The notes below the pieces were generated by a model. That model saw only the letters and a list, made by a program, of their open reading frames with translations. It was not told the DNA's origin and made no database searches. Source: Octopus vulgaris (lineage: Eukaryota). From it: a DNA stretch of 64,000 bases. The DNA lies in NCBI GenBank assembly GCA_951406725.2, contig OX597839.1:23188001-23252000 (forward strand), read 5' to 3'. A program made the position numbers and the translations under genes. Of this stretch, positions 13,006 to 26,307 are shown piece after piece (within the stretch, counting starts at the first letter, position 1; each line of letters starts with the position of its first letter).

Positions 13006-14326
13006 ACATCATAATATGTATATATTTAAAGTAACACACATACACATGCATACCAGTTAATTACATATAAACTGACAGATAGTCACATAGGATTACGTGT
13101 AGCTAGCGACAAAAGCTTAAATAATTGAGGTTTACTAAGTATATGGGGCAATCAATATCATTAGCATCCTTGTCTTTAGATTTTATTTGAGTCGCTGGTT
13201 GTGGCCATACTGGGGCATCACCTTGGGGATTTAGTTGGAACAAATTGACCCCCAGTACTTATTTTTGGGCAAATCTGGTACTTACTGGCCAAACTTCTAA
13301 GTTACAGGGACATAAACAAACTAATACCAGTTGTCAAGAGGTGGGGACGTGTGACAAACGCACACACACACACACACACACACAGAGGGTGGGCCAGAAT
13401 TCATGGTTCACTTATTAGTTATGTTTCTTAATATTCTTTTACTTGTTTCAGTCATTTGACTGTGGCCATGCTGGAGCACTGCCTTTAGTCGGACAGATCG
13501 ACCCCAAGACTTTGTAAGCTGGTACATATTCTATTGGTCTCTTTTGCCAAACCACTAGGTTATGGGATTGTAAACACACCAATATCAGAGAACCATGCCT
13601 GGCTCATACATTTTGACATGATTTCTATGGCTGGATGCCATTTCAAGTGTAAGACAATTCACAGAGTATACCATATGTAATTCATCAAGACAGCACCAAC
13701 ACCAGTGAGGTTGTCATGTCCTCAGCTTGACTAAAGACATCTCTCCAGCCTACATTGCCTCGACTAGAATACACTGCAAAGTACCTGCTTTACAATGTAT
13801 ACTCGGTGTACTTTATTACAGAATCCAGTATACATTGTATGCCCCATGTACACACATGGGGCATACATGCAGGGCTTACACAGACATACACATCAGTAAC
13901 TAATTGGAATAATGAGTGTTGGGGTCTAGGATAAACAATATTTTACAATAGAAAATATGCTTTCAGGAACCTAGTTTTAAGATAGCAGCATTGGTAATTT
14001 GTGATTTGAATTCTGCTTGGACAAATGTTGATTTCCATCAGCATGAAACTTTAGGTTCCAGAAAGTTAACATAACTTCTTTTAGAAAAGCACACGCACAC
14101 ACACATGCATATTAATTAAGAGTAATATGAATGGAATAAACAAAGTTTTAATCAATAAAGCGAATCACCACATCAAAGTGTTTGTCGAATGTTACAACTA
14201 GTTTAACCCCAGGCAGATTCTCCACCAGCTAGTTTTCGGTGCAATGCTCTGCACTCTTTATATACAATATATGACTAGCAGGGGGAGCAAACCCCTACCC
14301 CTACTACTCTCCAACAGCTAACAGGA

Positions 14327-14375
14327 TCGTGGGACTGACCCAGTTTCGAGCTGTTTGGCTCACCTTCAGCCACGA
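14327..14375 (-). ncRNA. Type I hammerhead ribozyme motif (A9G variant)
   Basis: TCGTGG-CTGAAGG-T-GAGC(caaaca)GCTC-GAAA-CTG(ggt)CAG-TC-CCACGA; all three stems pair perfectly and the cleavage triplet is GUC. Confidence 0.65.
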
Positions 14376-15125
14376 GCAACTGCACGCTGGAGCAATAGCT
14401 AAAATCTGCTTCTGCTAGTGACATATTGTAAACAAAGTGGCCATCGGTCACTGATTGGCAGTATTTTTAGTGGGAAGCGGAATGAACAGTTTTTAATGAC
14501 ATTCCTAAATGTAATGTAAATGAAGACTGAGAAACAAAATGAAGCAGCAGTGGCAGCAGCAGTGGCAGCAGCAGCAGCAACTGCTATCATTTTCAAAATA
14601 CACTCTGGCAGTTATAGTAACACACACACACACACACACACAAACTCTTCAATCCAATTGCCAATACTAACCCAGGTTATGTCTCATCTCATAAGATTAT
14701 TTGAACAGGAAATCTATTTTCCCAGCAGATTTGGCCATTAATTAATATCAAAGACAGAATCTCAGAATCCAAGACAATTGTATCATCAACAATTAGTCCA
14801 CGACAAAGTTTATGGAAGAGTTTGGTTAGGTGTAAGTTCTTGCTAATCAGCCAGATCACAGTCTAGGACAGGAATGGACATATTGTGTCCTGCAAGACTT
14901 TCTGAATAACATGGCCTACTAAAAAAATTACTTGGAATTTCTTTTGAGTAGTGGAACTGACTTGATGAGGATTCATCTCTCATGTGGCTCCCTTCTTGGA
15001 AAAGGTTACCCATGCCTGGGCTAGAAATGTTGGTATACAGAGCAACAAAGTCTTCTCAGATGTAGAAACAGTTCTTTTATTATGAGTCACAGTTTGCCTG
15101 TGTACGGAACCAGTTGCCATTCAGG

Positions 15126-15382
15126 CAAGGTAGGAGAAAGGTAGGAGAATCCAGTTTGCTGGACATTGTTGTAGAGCTGAAAAAGAAGTAATTGCTACTC
15201 TTCTCCTCTGGAAGCCATCTACTCGCAATACCAGAGGGCGCACACTCTCCTACCCTGATGTAATCTCCAGGGATACAGGTATCCAGCAACAGGACCTCCG
15301 TAATGCTATGATGGACCGTGAAGTCTGGCGTAACATAGTAAATTCCATTGTCTCGACCACGGTCGAACAATGATGATGATGA
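15126..15382 (+). mobile_element. 5'-truncated RTE/RTEX-type LINE 3' end with 11-bp TSD
   Basis: Open frame KGRRIQFAGHCCRAEKEVIATLLLWKP...QDLRNAMMDREVWR; terminal hairpin TCGACCACGGTCGA; (ATG)n tail; TSD TGCCATTCAGG at 15115-15125 and 15383-15393. Confidence 0.8.
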
Positions 15383-16743
15383 TGCCATTCAGGACTCTAA
15401 GTACTTTCTGATTCTGAAGAGGAAAAAGGAAAACTAGTGTTTGGGGCAGAGTTTTTTGCTATCTTATAAAATGCGGGATCAACAGGAGAGAAGAACAGGG
15501 ATTGTTAAACTCCCCACTTCTTCCCATTAGGATTTGCTGTTACATTAAGGGTTTGAATTTTGTGTTGTCTAAGACTGTGCAAGATGGAGGAATTGGTAAA
15601 ATACTTTTTCCTTGATTGCACTAATTATATCTTTCTGCAGTTGAAAGAGACTCGACTAATACTGGCCAAGCCTCAATTCTTTAACTTACACAAAAAAAAG
15701 GCAACTATACATATATTTCATCATGTTAAACCGTTAATTCACACACATTTCTTTCTCTCTCCATTTTTTTTTTCCACCTATGATCTTCTATCAAAGGTCA
15801 CAGGTTTGAAATGTCAAAGACTTTTCTATTCTTCCCAAGTGTCAAACTAATACACCAGCTTGTTCTCTCACCTGATTTTGTCTTTTGATTTCTATACATA
15901 TGAACTGCGTGTGTGTGCACACATGCATGTGCATATATATACATACATACATACACATGTATACAAACACATATATATACACGCTCACACAAACATATAT
16001 ATTATAAACACACATATATCACAAATATATGCACACACATTCACACACAGCTATGCAAATGTGTATGTGTGCACGCGCACGCATGTGTGTGTATGTGTGT
16101 GTTTTATCATTTGATTAAAGAAACCATTCTTACTTCGTTATTGAAAACCAAGTGACTAAATTGACAAACCCATCTAAACTACACCAAGACATGCAAAAAT
16201 TATGATTTCTTTGCTGTTGTGGAAACAAAATATTTGCAGGTGATAGTTTACCTGGTGCCTTGGAGTATCTGCGAATCCCTTGCATGTATTCCATCGTTTG
16301 TGCTCACACCAAAAATCTTGCAAGTGGTACCGTAGTGTCGGATCCTACAAACTGTTCGACTGATACATCACCTGAACATCCTATATTGATGGGTGGGACT
16401 TGCTGTCAGCCAAGCAAGCCCTTAATTAGATCACTCCACAAATTAAATAATGCCTTTTACTCAGGTGCAGATGAGAAACGACAGCTTCCGGCTTAGTGGT
16501 TGCTAAGGAAGATGCCTGACTGGTCAAATTAGCAGACAAAACATTACTAAATGACCAGTTGACGTTAATGGACTGATCTGAATAATTTTAGAATGCACAA
16601 ATCAATTTATAGATTAATGATAGTTTTTTTATGATCACTGTTAAATGTAGAAACCTGTTTACCAATGAAATCTTGTCCTTCCGTTGGGAGCTGAACAATG
16701 GATGTCCTTTCCTCAAGAGAAAACTGGAAATAAGCAGAAGTAT

Positions 16744-17145
16744 AGGCGCAGGAGTGGCTGTGTGGTAAGTAGCTTGCTAACCAACCACATGGTTCCGGGT
16801 TCAGTCCCACTGCGTGGCATCTTGGGCAAGTGTCTTCTGCTATAGCCCCGGGCCGACCAATGCCTTGTGAGAGGATTTGGTAGACGGAAACTGAAAGAAG
16901 CCTGTCGTGTATATGTATGTATATATGTGTGTCTGTGTGTTTGTCCCCCTAGCATTGCTTGACAACCGATGCTGGTGTGTTTACGTCCCCGTCACTTAGC
17001 GGTTCGGCAAAGAGACCGATAGAATAAGTACTGGGCTTACAAAGAATAAGTCCCGGGGTCGATTTGCTCGACTAAAGGCGGTGCTCCAGCATGGCCGCAG
17101 TCAAAATGACTGAAACAAGTAAAAGAGTAAAAGAGTAAAGAGTAT
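16744..17145 (+). mobile_element. SINE family A (young, full length)
   Basis: Nearly identical to the copies at 21.3, 22.0 and 36.5 kb. Confidence 0.9.
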
Positions 17146-17577
17146 TGAAAAGAAGAGATTTCTATACAAAATACCAGAGGCTGCCAGTATATATAACAAC
17201 CTCAGGTTTATGGACAAGGCTTTCTCTCAATGAATATATTTGCAGGTTTATTTTGCTAGTTCCTCTCATTGTATTCATTCTTTATATTGAATAAAAGAAC
17301 TGTTTCTACATCTGAGAAGACTTTGTTGCTCTGTAAACCAACATTTCTAGCCCAGGCATGGGTAACCTTTTCCAAGAAGGGGCCCACATGAGAGATGAAT
17401 CCTCATCAAGTCAGTTCCACTACTCAAAAAAAATTCCAAGTAATTTTTTTTGGTAGGCCATGTTATTCAGAAAGTCTTTTGCGGCTGACCAAGAGAAGCA
17501 GTTAAAAACTGCCATCATGTTTTAATCAGTCCTTGTTGAGACCAGATATGATCTTGGTTTCTGAGATAAGAAACGGA

Positions 17578-17922
17578 AAAGGTAAAAAGCCCTCTTCAGT
17601 CATGAATGACCAAGGGACTTCACCTAGAAAGTTCCCCCTCCAAAGTATAAGTCCAGGAAGGTTGTTTATGGAAGACCAGCAGTTGCCATGCGTACCAGCC
17701 TCTCCTCTCTATGCCACCGATGCTATCCAAGGGAAAGGCAAAGGGGCCGATATAGCTTGGCCCCAGGGACATTGAAACTCATTTCTACAGCTGAGTGAAC
17801 TGGAGCAATGTGAAATAAAGTGTCTGGCTCAAGAACACAACACACAGTCCGGTCTGGGAATTGAACTCACTACCTCATGATTGTGGGCCCAGTACTCTAA
17901 GCACTGAGCCATGCACCTTCAC
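17578..17922 (-). mobile_element. SINE family H (tRNA head plus TTCTTGAGC.AGACACTTTATTTCAC core)
   Basis: A box TGGCTCAGTG, B box GAGTTCAATTCCC; further copies at ~41.2-41.5 and 54.2-54.5 kb. Confidence 0.75.
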
Positions 17923-18034
17923 AAGGTAATAAAGACAGATCATCTTATCAGAGTTAATTGTGTCCTAGGAGGAGAGGATGGAGAAGACGTAGTAGAAGAA
18001 GAGTGCAAGGTTCCAGGAATTGGTGGGGCATTGT

Positions 18035-18265
18035 TTAAACCTTCCATTAACGTATTTATTTTGTGATGCTCTGTGATTTTTTACAATTAATTTTAAATAT
18101 TACAAAGAATTTAGTAAAATAACTTAGTCATCATTAAGTTAGTGTTAGGAACATAAATTGTGACTAAGGTTTGGTGTAAGATTTGAATGCAGAACTTTTG
18201 GAAATAAGACATTTGTACTAAAGAGCCAGAGGCAGTTTCAGCCGGGTTGGTATCGAAAGGGTTAA
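18035..18265. mobile_element. TTAA-flanked piggyBac-like MITE
   Basis: TTAA at both ends, ...GAAAGGG|TTAA terminus; related to the 3599-4044 element. Confidence 0.6.
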
Positions 18266-18615
18266 GGAATAGATGGAGGAAGATCAAGTAGTATGCCAGT
18301 GGAGGTGGGTTGTTAAGGATTTGCAGGTTGTTCCATCAATATGGCATATGGTGCCCTGGGCATTACAGGAATAAACAAAGGAGCCATCAAGAGCAACATA
18401 GAGGTTGCTGAGGAAGCGTCTGGACCAGCGTTTCTCAACCATTCTTTTACTTTTGGAGCTTTTGATTCCTACTTTATTCTACTGGACCCAATGTTTAACC
18501 TGTTAGCATTTAATCCAGGTATATCCAGCCAAAATATTTTACGTGTTTAATGCTCAAAATGGCCAAATCCAGTCTCATGCACCTACCCAATAAAGTCATA
18601 CTAAAAGTAAATAGT

Positions 18616-19002
18616 CATCATCATCATCATCATCATCGTTTAACGTCCGTTTTCCACGCTAGCATGGGTTGGACGGTTCAACTGGGGTCTGGGAAGCCAG
18701 TAGGCTGCACCAGGCTCCAGTCTGATCTGGCAGAGTTTCTACAGCTGGATGCCCTTCCTAACGCCAACCATTCCGCGAGTGTAGTGGGTGCTTTTTACGT
18801 GCCACCTGCACAGGTGCCAGGGGGGTCCGGCATCGGCCACGATCGGTTGGAGCTTTTAACGTGCCACCGGCACGGAAGCCAGTTGGGGCGGCGCTGGCAA
18901 CGGCCACGTTTGGATGGTGCTTTTTATGTGCCACCGGCACAGAAGCCAGTCAGGGCGGCGCTGGCAACGGCCACGTTCGGATGGTGCTTTTTATGTGCCA
19001 CC
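18616..19002 (-). mobile_element. RTE 3'UTR fragment (~3-4 tandem units) inserted in a TTAA MITE (~18495-19104)
   Basis: RTE tail and repeat units; the MITE sequence continues on both sides. Confidence 0.8.
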
Positions 19003-19548
19003 ACATCACAAAAATCTCAAAGTCAGGTGATAATCCATAATTAATTCAAAAGAATGATTAAATAAGGATTACATTTGAAAATGATTTGAATGCTAAAGGT
19101 TTAAAAAAATCCTATCATATTTTTGTAATTAAATAATTAATCACATGGTTTCCCGGTTCAGTCCCACTGCATGGCACCTTGGGCCTCAGACTGACTGAAG
19201 CCTTGTAAGTGGATTTAGTAGATAGAAACTGAAAGAAACCCATCATGTGTGTGTGTGTGTGTATCTTTGTGTCTGTTTGTCCACCCCACTACTGCTTTAC
19301 AAATGGTGATTCCTGTAACTTCAACAGAAAGGTCCGAAAGAATAAGTAAAAAAAAAGGGTATTGGGGATCGATTCATTCAACTAAAAATTCTTCAATGCA
19401 GTGCTCCAGCATGGCCACTGTCTAATTACTGAAGCAAGTAAAAGATAAAAGATATGTTGAGGTATTGCTTTCATAGATACAGGCAGAACTCTGATGTGTT
19501 CCCTGCATATTTTACAGGGTTTGTTAAAATAGGTGTAACTGTTATATA

Positions 19549-19805
19549 TTAACCCTTTCAACCCGGAATTTTTTCTCAAGAATTTTTTTCCCAAGTCAAT
19601 AGGGTGTGGGGTTTGTATGCATGCAAGCCTTTTGAGCTGTCATTATAGTGTCACACACTCCGATCATACGTCTGGCACTAAATACTTACCAGAAAAACCG
19701 GAGCAGTACTATACTGCATCACATAGAGAATGGGAATTTTAAAGATATGGTTTGTAAAATTTTTTAACTGGTACAAATATATATCAGCTGGGCCGAAAGG
19801 GTTAA
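19549..19805. mobile_element. TTAA-flanked piggyBac-like MITE (second family)
   Basis: TTAA|CCCTTTCAACCCGG...CTGGGCCGAAAGGG|TTAA. Confidence 0.7.
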
Positions 19806-19839
19806 GGTAGAATTGCCAAACTGGAATGTCAAGACAACC

Positions 19840-20067
19840 TTAACCCTTTAGTGTTCAAACCGGCCATATCTGTCCCAAATATTCTCTATGTTTTATATTC
19901 AAACTGGCGATATCTAGCCTCTCACACCTAACCTACATTGACATTCTAAAAATAAACAATCACATCATTGAAACCTCAAAACTATAAGATAATGCATGAC
20001 TAATTCAAACCAATTTGAGTAAAAAAATATTACATTTAACAGAGTAATCTGAACACTAAAGGGTTAA
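19840..20067. mobile_element. TTAA-flanked piggyBac-like MITE
   Basis: TTAA|CCCTTTAGTGTTCA...TGAACACTAAAGGG|TTAA; near-identical copy at 37077-37305. Confidence 0.8.
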
Positions 20068-21268
20068 GATACAACAGAGATTGGAATTTAAATATGACCA
20101 TTTTAATATCGGCAGTCTCAGGGATGTTAGTATTAAAATGCTAAAAACAATATTTAACCCTTTTGTTACCATATTTCTGTTAATATACACTGCTTTTGTC
20201 CCAATTAATTTTGAAAATAATGAGGAATTAATTAAAATAAATTTGGAGTTCGGAACCTAAATTAACAAGAAAATTTTGAAGGAAAGTTTTAATTTTGATC
20301 ACTTTAATTCTTTTGATACCATATTTCTGTTGAAATTACATGGCCTCTGTTTCAATTACTTTTTAAAATAATGAAGAATTTCGTAAAATAACCTTGTCCT
20401 TATTTAATTAGTGTCTGAAACATTAATTACTCTTCATCATAAATTACTCTTCTGTGATCACAACGCTTGGCAATTTGCTGTGTTTTGGAAAACTCGTCAA
20501 GCTAAGTGAAGTCCTAGTTGTTACTGGTACCAGTGGCACATCACAGCACCCACTATACTCTCGGAGTGGTTGGCATTAGGAAGGGCATCCAGCTGTAGAA
20601 ACAAAGGCAAATTCAGACTTGAACCTGGTGTAGCTTTCTGGTTTACTAGTTCCAGTCAAGCCATCCAACCCATGCCAGCATGGAAGCAGATTTTAAATGA
20701 TAATGATGATGATGATGACGACGATGATGATTTATGTTAAAATACACTGCTTTTGTTTCAATTTATTTTGAGAATAACGAAGAATTAACAGGATTCAGAA
20801 CGGATTTTTGTCAGTGAACAGGTCGTGGTCTTAAAGTGCCGAAAATATTTTGATAAAGTAAACTTAAATGTTGAAGTGAATCGAACGGCTTTTGTGTGTT
20901 TCTTAAATGGCTTACAAACACCTTCCACGCTGCAATTGTTTTCGTTTCAGCACACGATCTCAGATCAAATCACTTGCTATGCAAGTACATTTCCGAAGAA
21001 TTAATTAGAATAAATTTGTCATTATTAATCTGGTGTTTCAATTAATTATTTGTCCTTATGAAGTTGGTTAATGGAACATAAACAAACAAGTAGTTTTGGA
21101 GGAAGGATTTGATTTAGATCACTTGAAACTATGAACCTTCTATGACAGACTTGGGGACAGTCTCAGATGAGTTGGTATTTAAAGGGCTAACAGAAAAAAA
21201 GAATCAGATGAAAGGAAACCTCACAAATCAACAGAGATTGAACCTACTTCCTGCATGTTTCTGCATGT

Positions 21269-21670
21269 AGGCGCAGGAGTGGCTGTGTGGTAAGTAGCTT
21301 GCTAACCAACCACATGGTTCCGGGTTCAGTCCCACTGCGTGGCATCTTGGGCAAGTGTCTTCTGCTATAGCCCCGGGCTGACCAATGCCTTGTGAGTGGA
21401 TTTGGTAGACAGAAACTGAAAGAAGCCTGTCGTATATATGTATATATATATAAGTGTGTGGGTTTGTGTGTCTGTGTTTGTCTCCCTAGCATTGCTTGAC
21501 AACCGATGCTGGTGTGTTTATGTCCCCGTCACTTAGCGGTTCGCCAAAAGAGACCGACAGAATAAGTACTGGGCTTACAAAGAATAAGTCCCGGGGTCGA
21601 TTTGCTCGACTAAAGGCGGTGCTCCAGCATTGCCGCAGTCAAATGACTGAAACAAGTAAAAAAGAGTAAA
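21269..21670 (+). mobile_element. SINE family A (young)
   Basis: Full head-to-tail match to the other copies. Confidence 0.9.
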
Positions 21671-22037
21671 AAAAAAAAAAAAGTTTGAATGAAATGAGAG
21701 AGAGAGAGAGAGAGAGAGATGAGTGAGTAAGAGGAGATATGAAGACTGATAAAGGAGGTGAAGTGGAAAAAGTAATGAAGACAAGTGAAATGGAAGAGTA
21801 AAGAGAGATGAGTGAAGAGGTCAAATGAATGATGACAGATGAGTGAGGCAGTAAAAAAAAAATATCCTGGCAACAGACAGGTGAGTAAAGTGGTTGATGT
21901 GATGACAGAACAATGACTGACAGGATGATGACAGACAGGTGTGAGAAGTAACGACAGGTGAGGTGAGTGAAGTGGCGAAAGTTCTGAAATCAAACAGATG
22001 AGTGAAAATATTTCTCTATTAATATATATATATATAT

Positions 22038-22446
22038 ACTCTTACTCTTTTTTACTCTTTTACTTGTTTCAGTCATTTGACTGCGGCCATGCTGGAGCAC
22101 CGCCTTTAGTCGAGCAAATCGACCCCGGGACTTATTCTTTGTAAGCCCAGTACTTAATCTATCATCTCTTTTGCCGAACCGCTAAGTGACGGGGACATAA
22201 ACACACCAGCATCGGTTGTCAAGCAATGCTAGGGGGGACAAACACAGACACACAAACACACATATATATATATACATATATACGACAGGCTTCTTTCAGT
22301 TTCCGTCTACCAAATCCACTCACAAGGCATTGGTCGGCCCGGGGCTATAGCAGAAGACACTTGCCCAAGATGCCACGCAGTGGGACTGAACCCGGAACCA
22401 TGTGGTTGGTTAGCAAGCTACTTACCACACAGCCACTCCTGCGCCT
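22038..22446 (-). mobile_element. SINE family A (young), inverted relative to 21269-21670
   Basis: Reverse-complement match over the full length. Confidence 0.9.
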
Positions 22447-22600
22447 ATATATATATATATATATATTTAAAAATTTAAATAAGTTATCATTATCTTCTAT
22501 AAGAATAATGATAAAGTGGTCAGCAAACATTATTCAAATAAGCAAAATATATAAATATAAAAACTTAGGGTACGATAAGTACCTATTTGCTAGAAAGAAT

Positions 22601-22922
22601 AGTTAAAATCCTCCAAAACCACGCATCTCTCACTACATGTAAACACACAAGGAGAATATAGCAAATATATTTCTCCAAAACAGTCCTCTCACTTGTAAGA
22701 TACATTTAGTAAAATACAAATAAGATTTGACTGACGAGCTTTAAGTATTGGTTCAACACACAGAGAGAAATCAATTGATACCAGAATGTCTGTGAGCTTA
22801 TTTCTGTTTTACTAGCTGTACCTTACAAGTGGGAGGACCGTTTTGGAGAAATATATTTTCTATATTCCTGGTGCATGTTTACACATAGTGAGAGATATGC
22901 GTGGTTTGGGAGGGTTTTAACT
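22601..22922. repeat. Imperfect foldback element (~125-bp arms)
   Basis: AGTTAAAATCCTCCAAAACCACGCAT...ATGCGTGGTTTGGGAGGGTTTTAACT; inner arms ATATATTTCTCCAAAAC / GTTTTGGAGAAATATAT. Confidence 0.75.
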
Positions 22923-23168
22923 CCAAAATGTTTTAATCCAAAATTTCATTTTTGAAGTTATGGCAGCAACTGTCTTCGAAGACTCATATTGTTGTTCAAT
23001 GCTTGAAATGAAGAATAGACAGCCAACAACTGATGAAGGGTCGTTCTTTGTGTTACTTGTCCGGTTTTCCATTTATTTCTCTCATTGTTTGTGTAATCAA
23101 CTCGTTTGTTTTCTAACTTCATGTTGTTTACAGTTGGTGACATCCTATACCTCTATATGCATGCATGC

Positions 23169-23211
<43 letters not shown>

Positions 23212-23867
23212 TATGACTGCTAGCTCCGAAAGCTTTTTTATTCTCTCTCTGTTTATTTCCTTGTGTTCCATTCTGTTGAAGAGCATAGGCTCGAAACACA
23301 AAAGATTTTCTCACCTTCCTGAGTGTTAAACTAATACACCAGTTTGTTTTTATACACCTGTCTCCGTCTTTTGTTCCTCTGTAAATTTCAACTCTGTGTG
23401 TGTGTGCGCACGCATGATGGGCTTCTTTCAGTTTCCGTCTACCAAATTCACTCACAAGGCTTTGGCTAGCCCAAAGCTATAGTAAAAGATACTTGCCCAA
23501 GGTGCCACGCAGCAGGACTGAACCCAGAACCATGTGGTTGGGAAGCAAGCTTCTTACCACACAGCAACTCCTGTGCCTGCATTTCTGTATATATAAATAT
23601 ATCAATCCCTATCTGTGTTTATGTTTTCCCTGTATAAAAAGCCAGGGCTGTTTATGTGCTGTCCTTTTATTTTCTGGAACTGGGCAGTTTGACTAAAATA
23701 ACTACTAGACGGGTGGGTGGGTGGATGGTGGTGGTGTTTACATGATCCCCAGTACTGCTGAGGGAAGATGGAGCCCAGATGCCCATCATGGTTACAGTCA
23801 GGTGACTGGCATCGGGGTAAAAAAAAAGAGTAAAAGAACAAAAGCTAAAAAACATATCAATGGATGA

Positions 23868-24019
23868 TTGTGGTGGTGGTGGTGGTGGTGAAACATGATG
23901 ATGATGATGGTGGTGGTGGTGGTGGAAGTGATGGGAGTGATGATGATGATGATGAAGATGAGGATGATGATGATGGTTGTGGAGTTGATGGTGGTGGTGG
24001 TGGTGGTGGTGAAACATGA

Positions 24020-24052
<33 letters not shown>

Positions 24053-24480
24053 AAGTGATGGGAGTGATGATGATGGTTGTGGAGTTGATGGTGGTGGTGG
24101 TGGTGAAACATGATGATGATGATGATGGCAGTGATGGTGGTAGTGGGAGTGATGATGAGGAGTTTGATGATGAGAATGGTGGTAATGATGGTAGTGGCAG
24201 TGATGATGAGGATAGTGATGAAGATGATGGTGGTGGCAGTGGTAGTGGCAATGATGATGATGATGATGATGATGTTCATGGTGGTGGTGGTAGTGATACT
24301 GATGATGTTAACGGTGATGTTGATGATGACGACGACGACAATGGATAGAGATGATGGTTATGAAGTGGTGGTGATTATGAATATACGATGATGATGATGA
24401 TGGTGGTGATGATGGTGGCAGTGGCGGTGGTGGTAGCGATGATGATGATGATGATGATGATGGCAATTTACGATGATGGT
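23868..24480. repeat. Compound (GAT)n/(GGT)n trinucleotide array
   Basis: Directly visible; contains duplicated sub-blocks. Confidence 0.9.
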
Positions 24481-24963
24481 AGTCCCGTTGATGATAAACA
24501 GATGACAATGACGTGCACACTTGGTAAGTAAAGATGACAGCAACAGGAGGAGAAAAGAAAATTTATAAATTTAAAAAGAAAAAAAAAAAAAAAAGGAAAT
24601 TTCATAAACAAACAAACGAATAAATAAACAAATAAAAACAAACAAACAATATCACATTTCTCATTTCTGAGATTATTCTCAACAAAATTCATATCTGGAA
24701 TAGCGTTATCGCATTTAAAGAAAATACTATAAGATTAAGCATGTGTGTGTGTGTGTGTGTGTATGTGCACATGTGCATGTGCGTGTGTGAGTCTATGTAC
24801 GTGTGTGTGTGAGTGAGTGTGTAAATGTAACTTTGTGTGTATATATATGTGTGTGTGTGTGTAAATGTAACTGTGTGTATATATATATATGTGTGTGTGT
24901 GTGTGAGTGTGTAAATGTAACTTTGTGTGTATATATGTGTGTGTGTGTAAATGTAACTGTGTG

Positions 24964-24998
<35 letters not shown>

Positions 24999-25105
24999 AT
25001 GTAAATGTAACTTTGTGTGTATATATATGTGTGTGTGTGTAAATGTAACTGTGTGTATATATATATATATGTGTATGTGTGTGTGAGTGTGTAAATGTTT
25101 GTGTG

Positions 25106-25141
<36 letters not shown>

Positions 25142-25894
25142 CATGCACATATGTGTATATACTTGTGAGTGTACGTGTATATATACCTGAGTGTACCTGG
25201 ATATGTGTGTGCGTGTGTGTGCATGTAAGCGTAAGCAAACATATACTGCTACACGCACACACACATATACACACACACACACACATTCTCTTACAAATAT
25301 ATTGAATCTTCTTTCCGTACGATATCATGTTGCTACTTGCTTATTTCAAGTTTGTTTCTTATTTACATTTACACATTACATACATACATACATAGATACA
25401 TACATACATGCACACATACACACATGCACATACATACATACATACATGAGTGTGTATGCATGTGTGTATGTGTGTGTGTCTGTATTGATGTCCAAAGATG
25501 AGGACAATGAGTATAGCGCAGACAACACACCTAAATGGTCAACAGTTTGTTGTATTCCAGGTGTGGTGTTGTGCTGTGTCAATCAATGGTCAACAAAGAA
25601 ACATACTCAGACCTCAACGATCCACTCCATCTGGATGGAGTCAGAAACTCAGAGACTGACTCAAACAAAATGAAATATCGTTAACCTCTACCGTAGTATT
25701 GAGTACTCCTTTTTATCCAGTCATTAGCACTAAATGTCTAATGTCCAACCCATGGTAGCCGTCCAACCCATGGTAGCCGTCCAACCCATGGTAGCCGTCC
25801 AACCATGCTAGCCGTCCAACCCATGCTAGCCGTCCAACCCATGCTAGCCGTCCAACCCATGCTAGCATGGAAAGCGGACGCTAAACGATGATGA

Positions 25895-26003
<109 letters not shown>

Positions 26004-26078
26004 GTATATATATATATATATATATCAATCATCATTTATCACCTGCTTTCCATGCTGGCATGGGTTGGACGGTTTGTT

Positions 26079-26307
26079 GGCGAGTTGGCAGAAACATTAC
26101 CACGCCGGGCGAAATGCTTAACGGTATTTCGTCTGCGTTACGTTGTGAGTTCAAATTCCGCCGAGGTCGACTTTGCCTTTCATCCTTTCGGGGTCGATAA
26201 ATTAAGTACCAGTTACGCACTGGGCTCGATGTAATCGACTTAATACCTATGTCTGTCCTTGTTTGTCCCCTCTGTGTTTAGCCCCTTGTGGGTAATAAAG
26301 AAATAGG
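26079..26307 (+). mobile_element. SINE family C copy nested in the old RTE 3'UTR
   Basis: GGCGAGTTGGCAGAAAC...GAGTTCAAATTCCGCC...TAAAGAAATAGG. Confidence 0.8.

Noticed and set aside
21244-21492. Recurring 'RQASFSFRLPNPLTRHWSARG' ORFs
   Set aside because: Antisense translation of SINE A copies, not a gene family.
23667-24543. Poly-His/Asp/Ser/Thr ORFs (also 47.7-48.3 kb and 1356-1870)
   Set aside because: Trinucleotide arrays open in several frames on both strands, with no domain or splice support.
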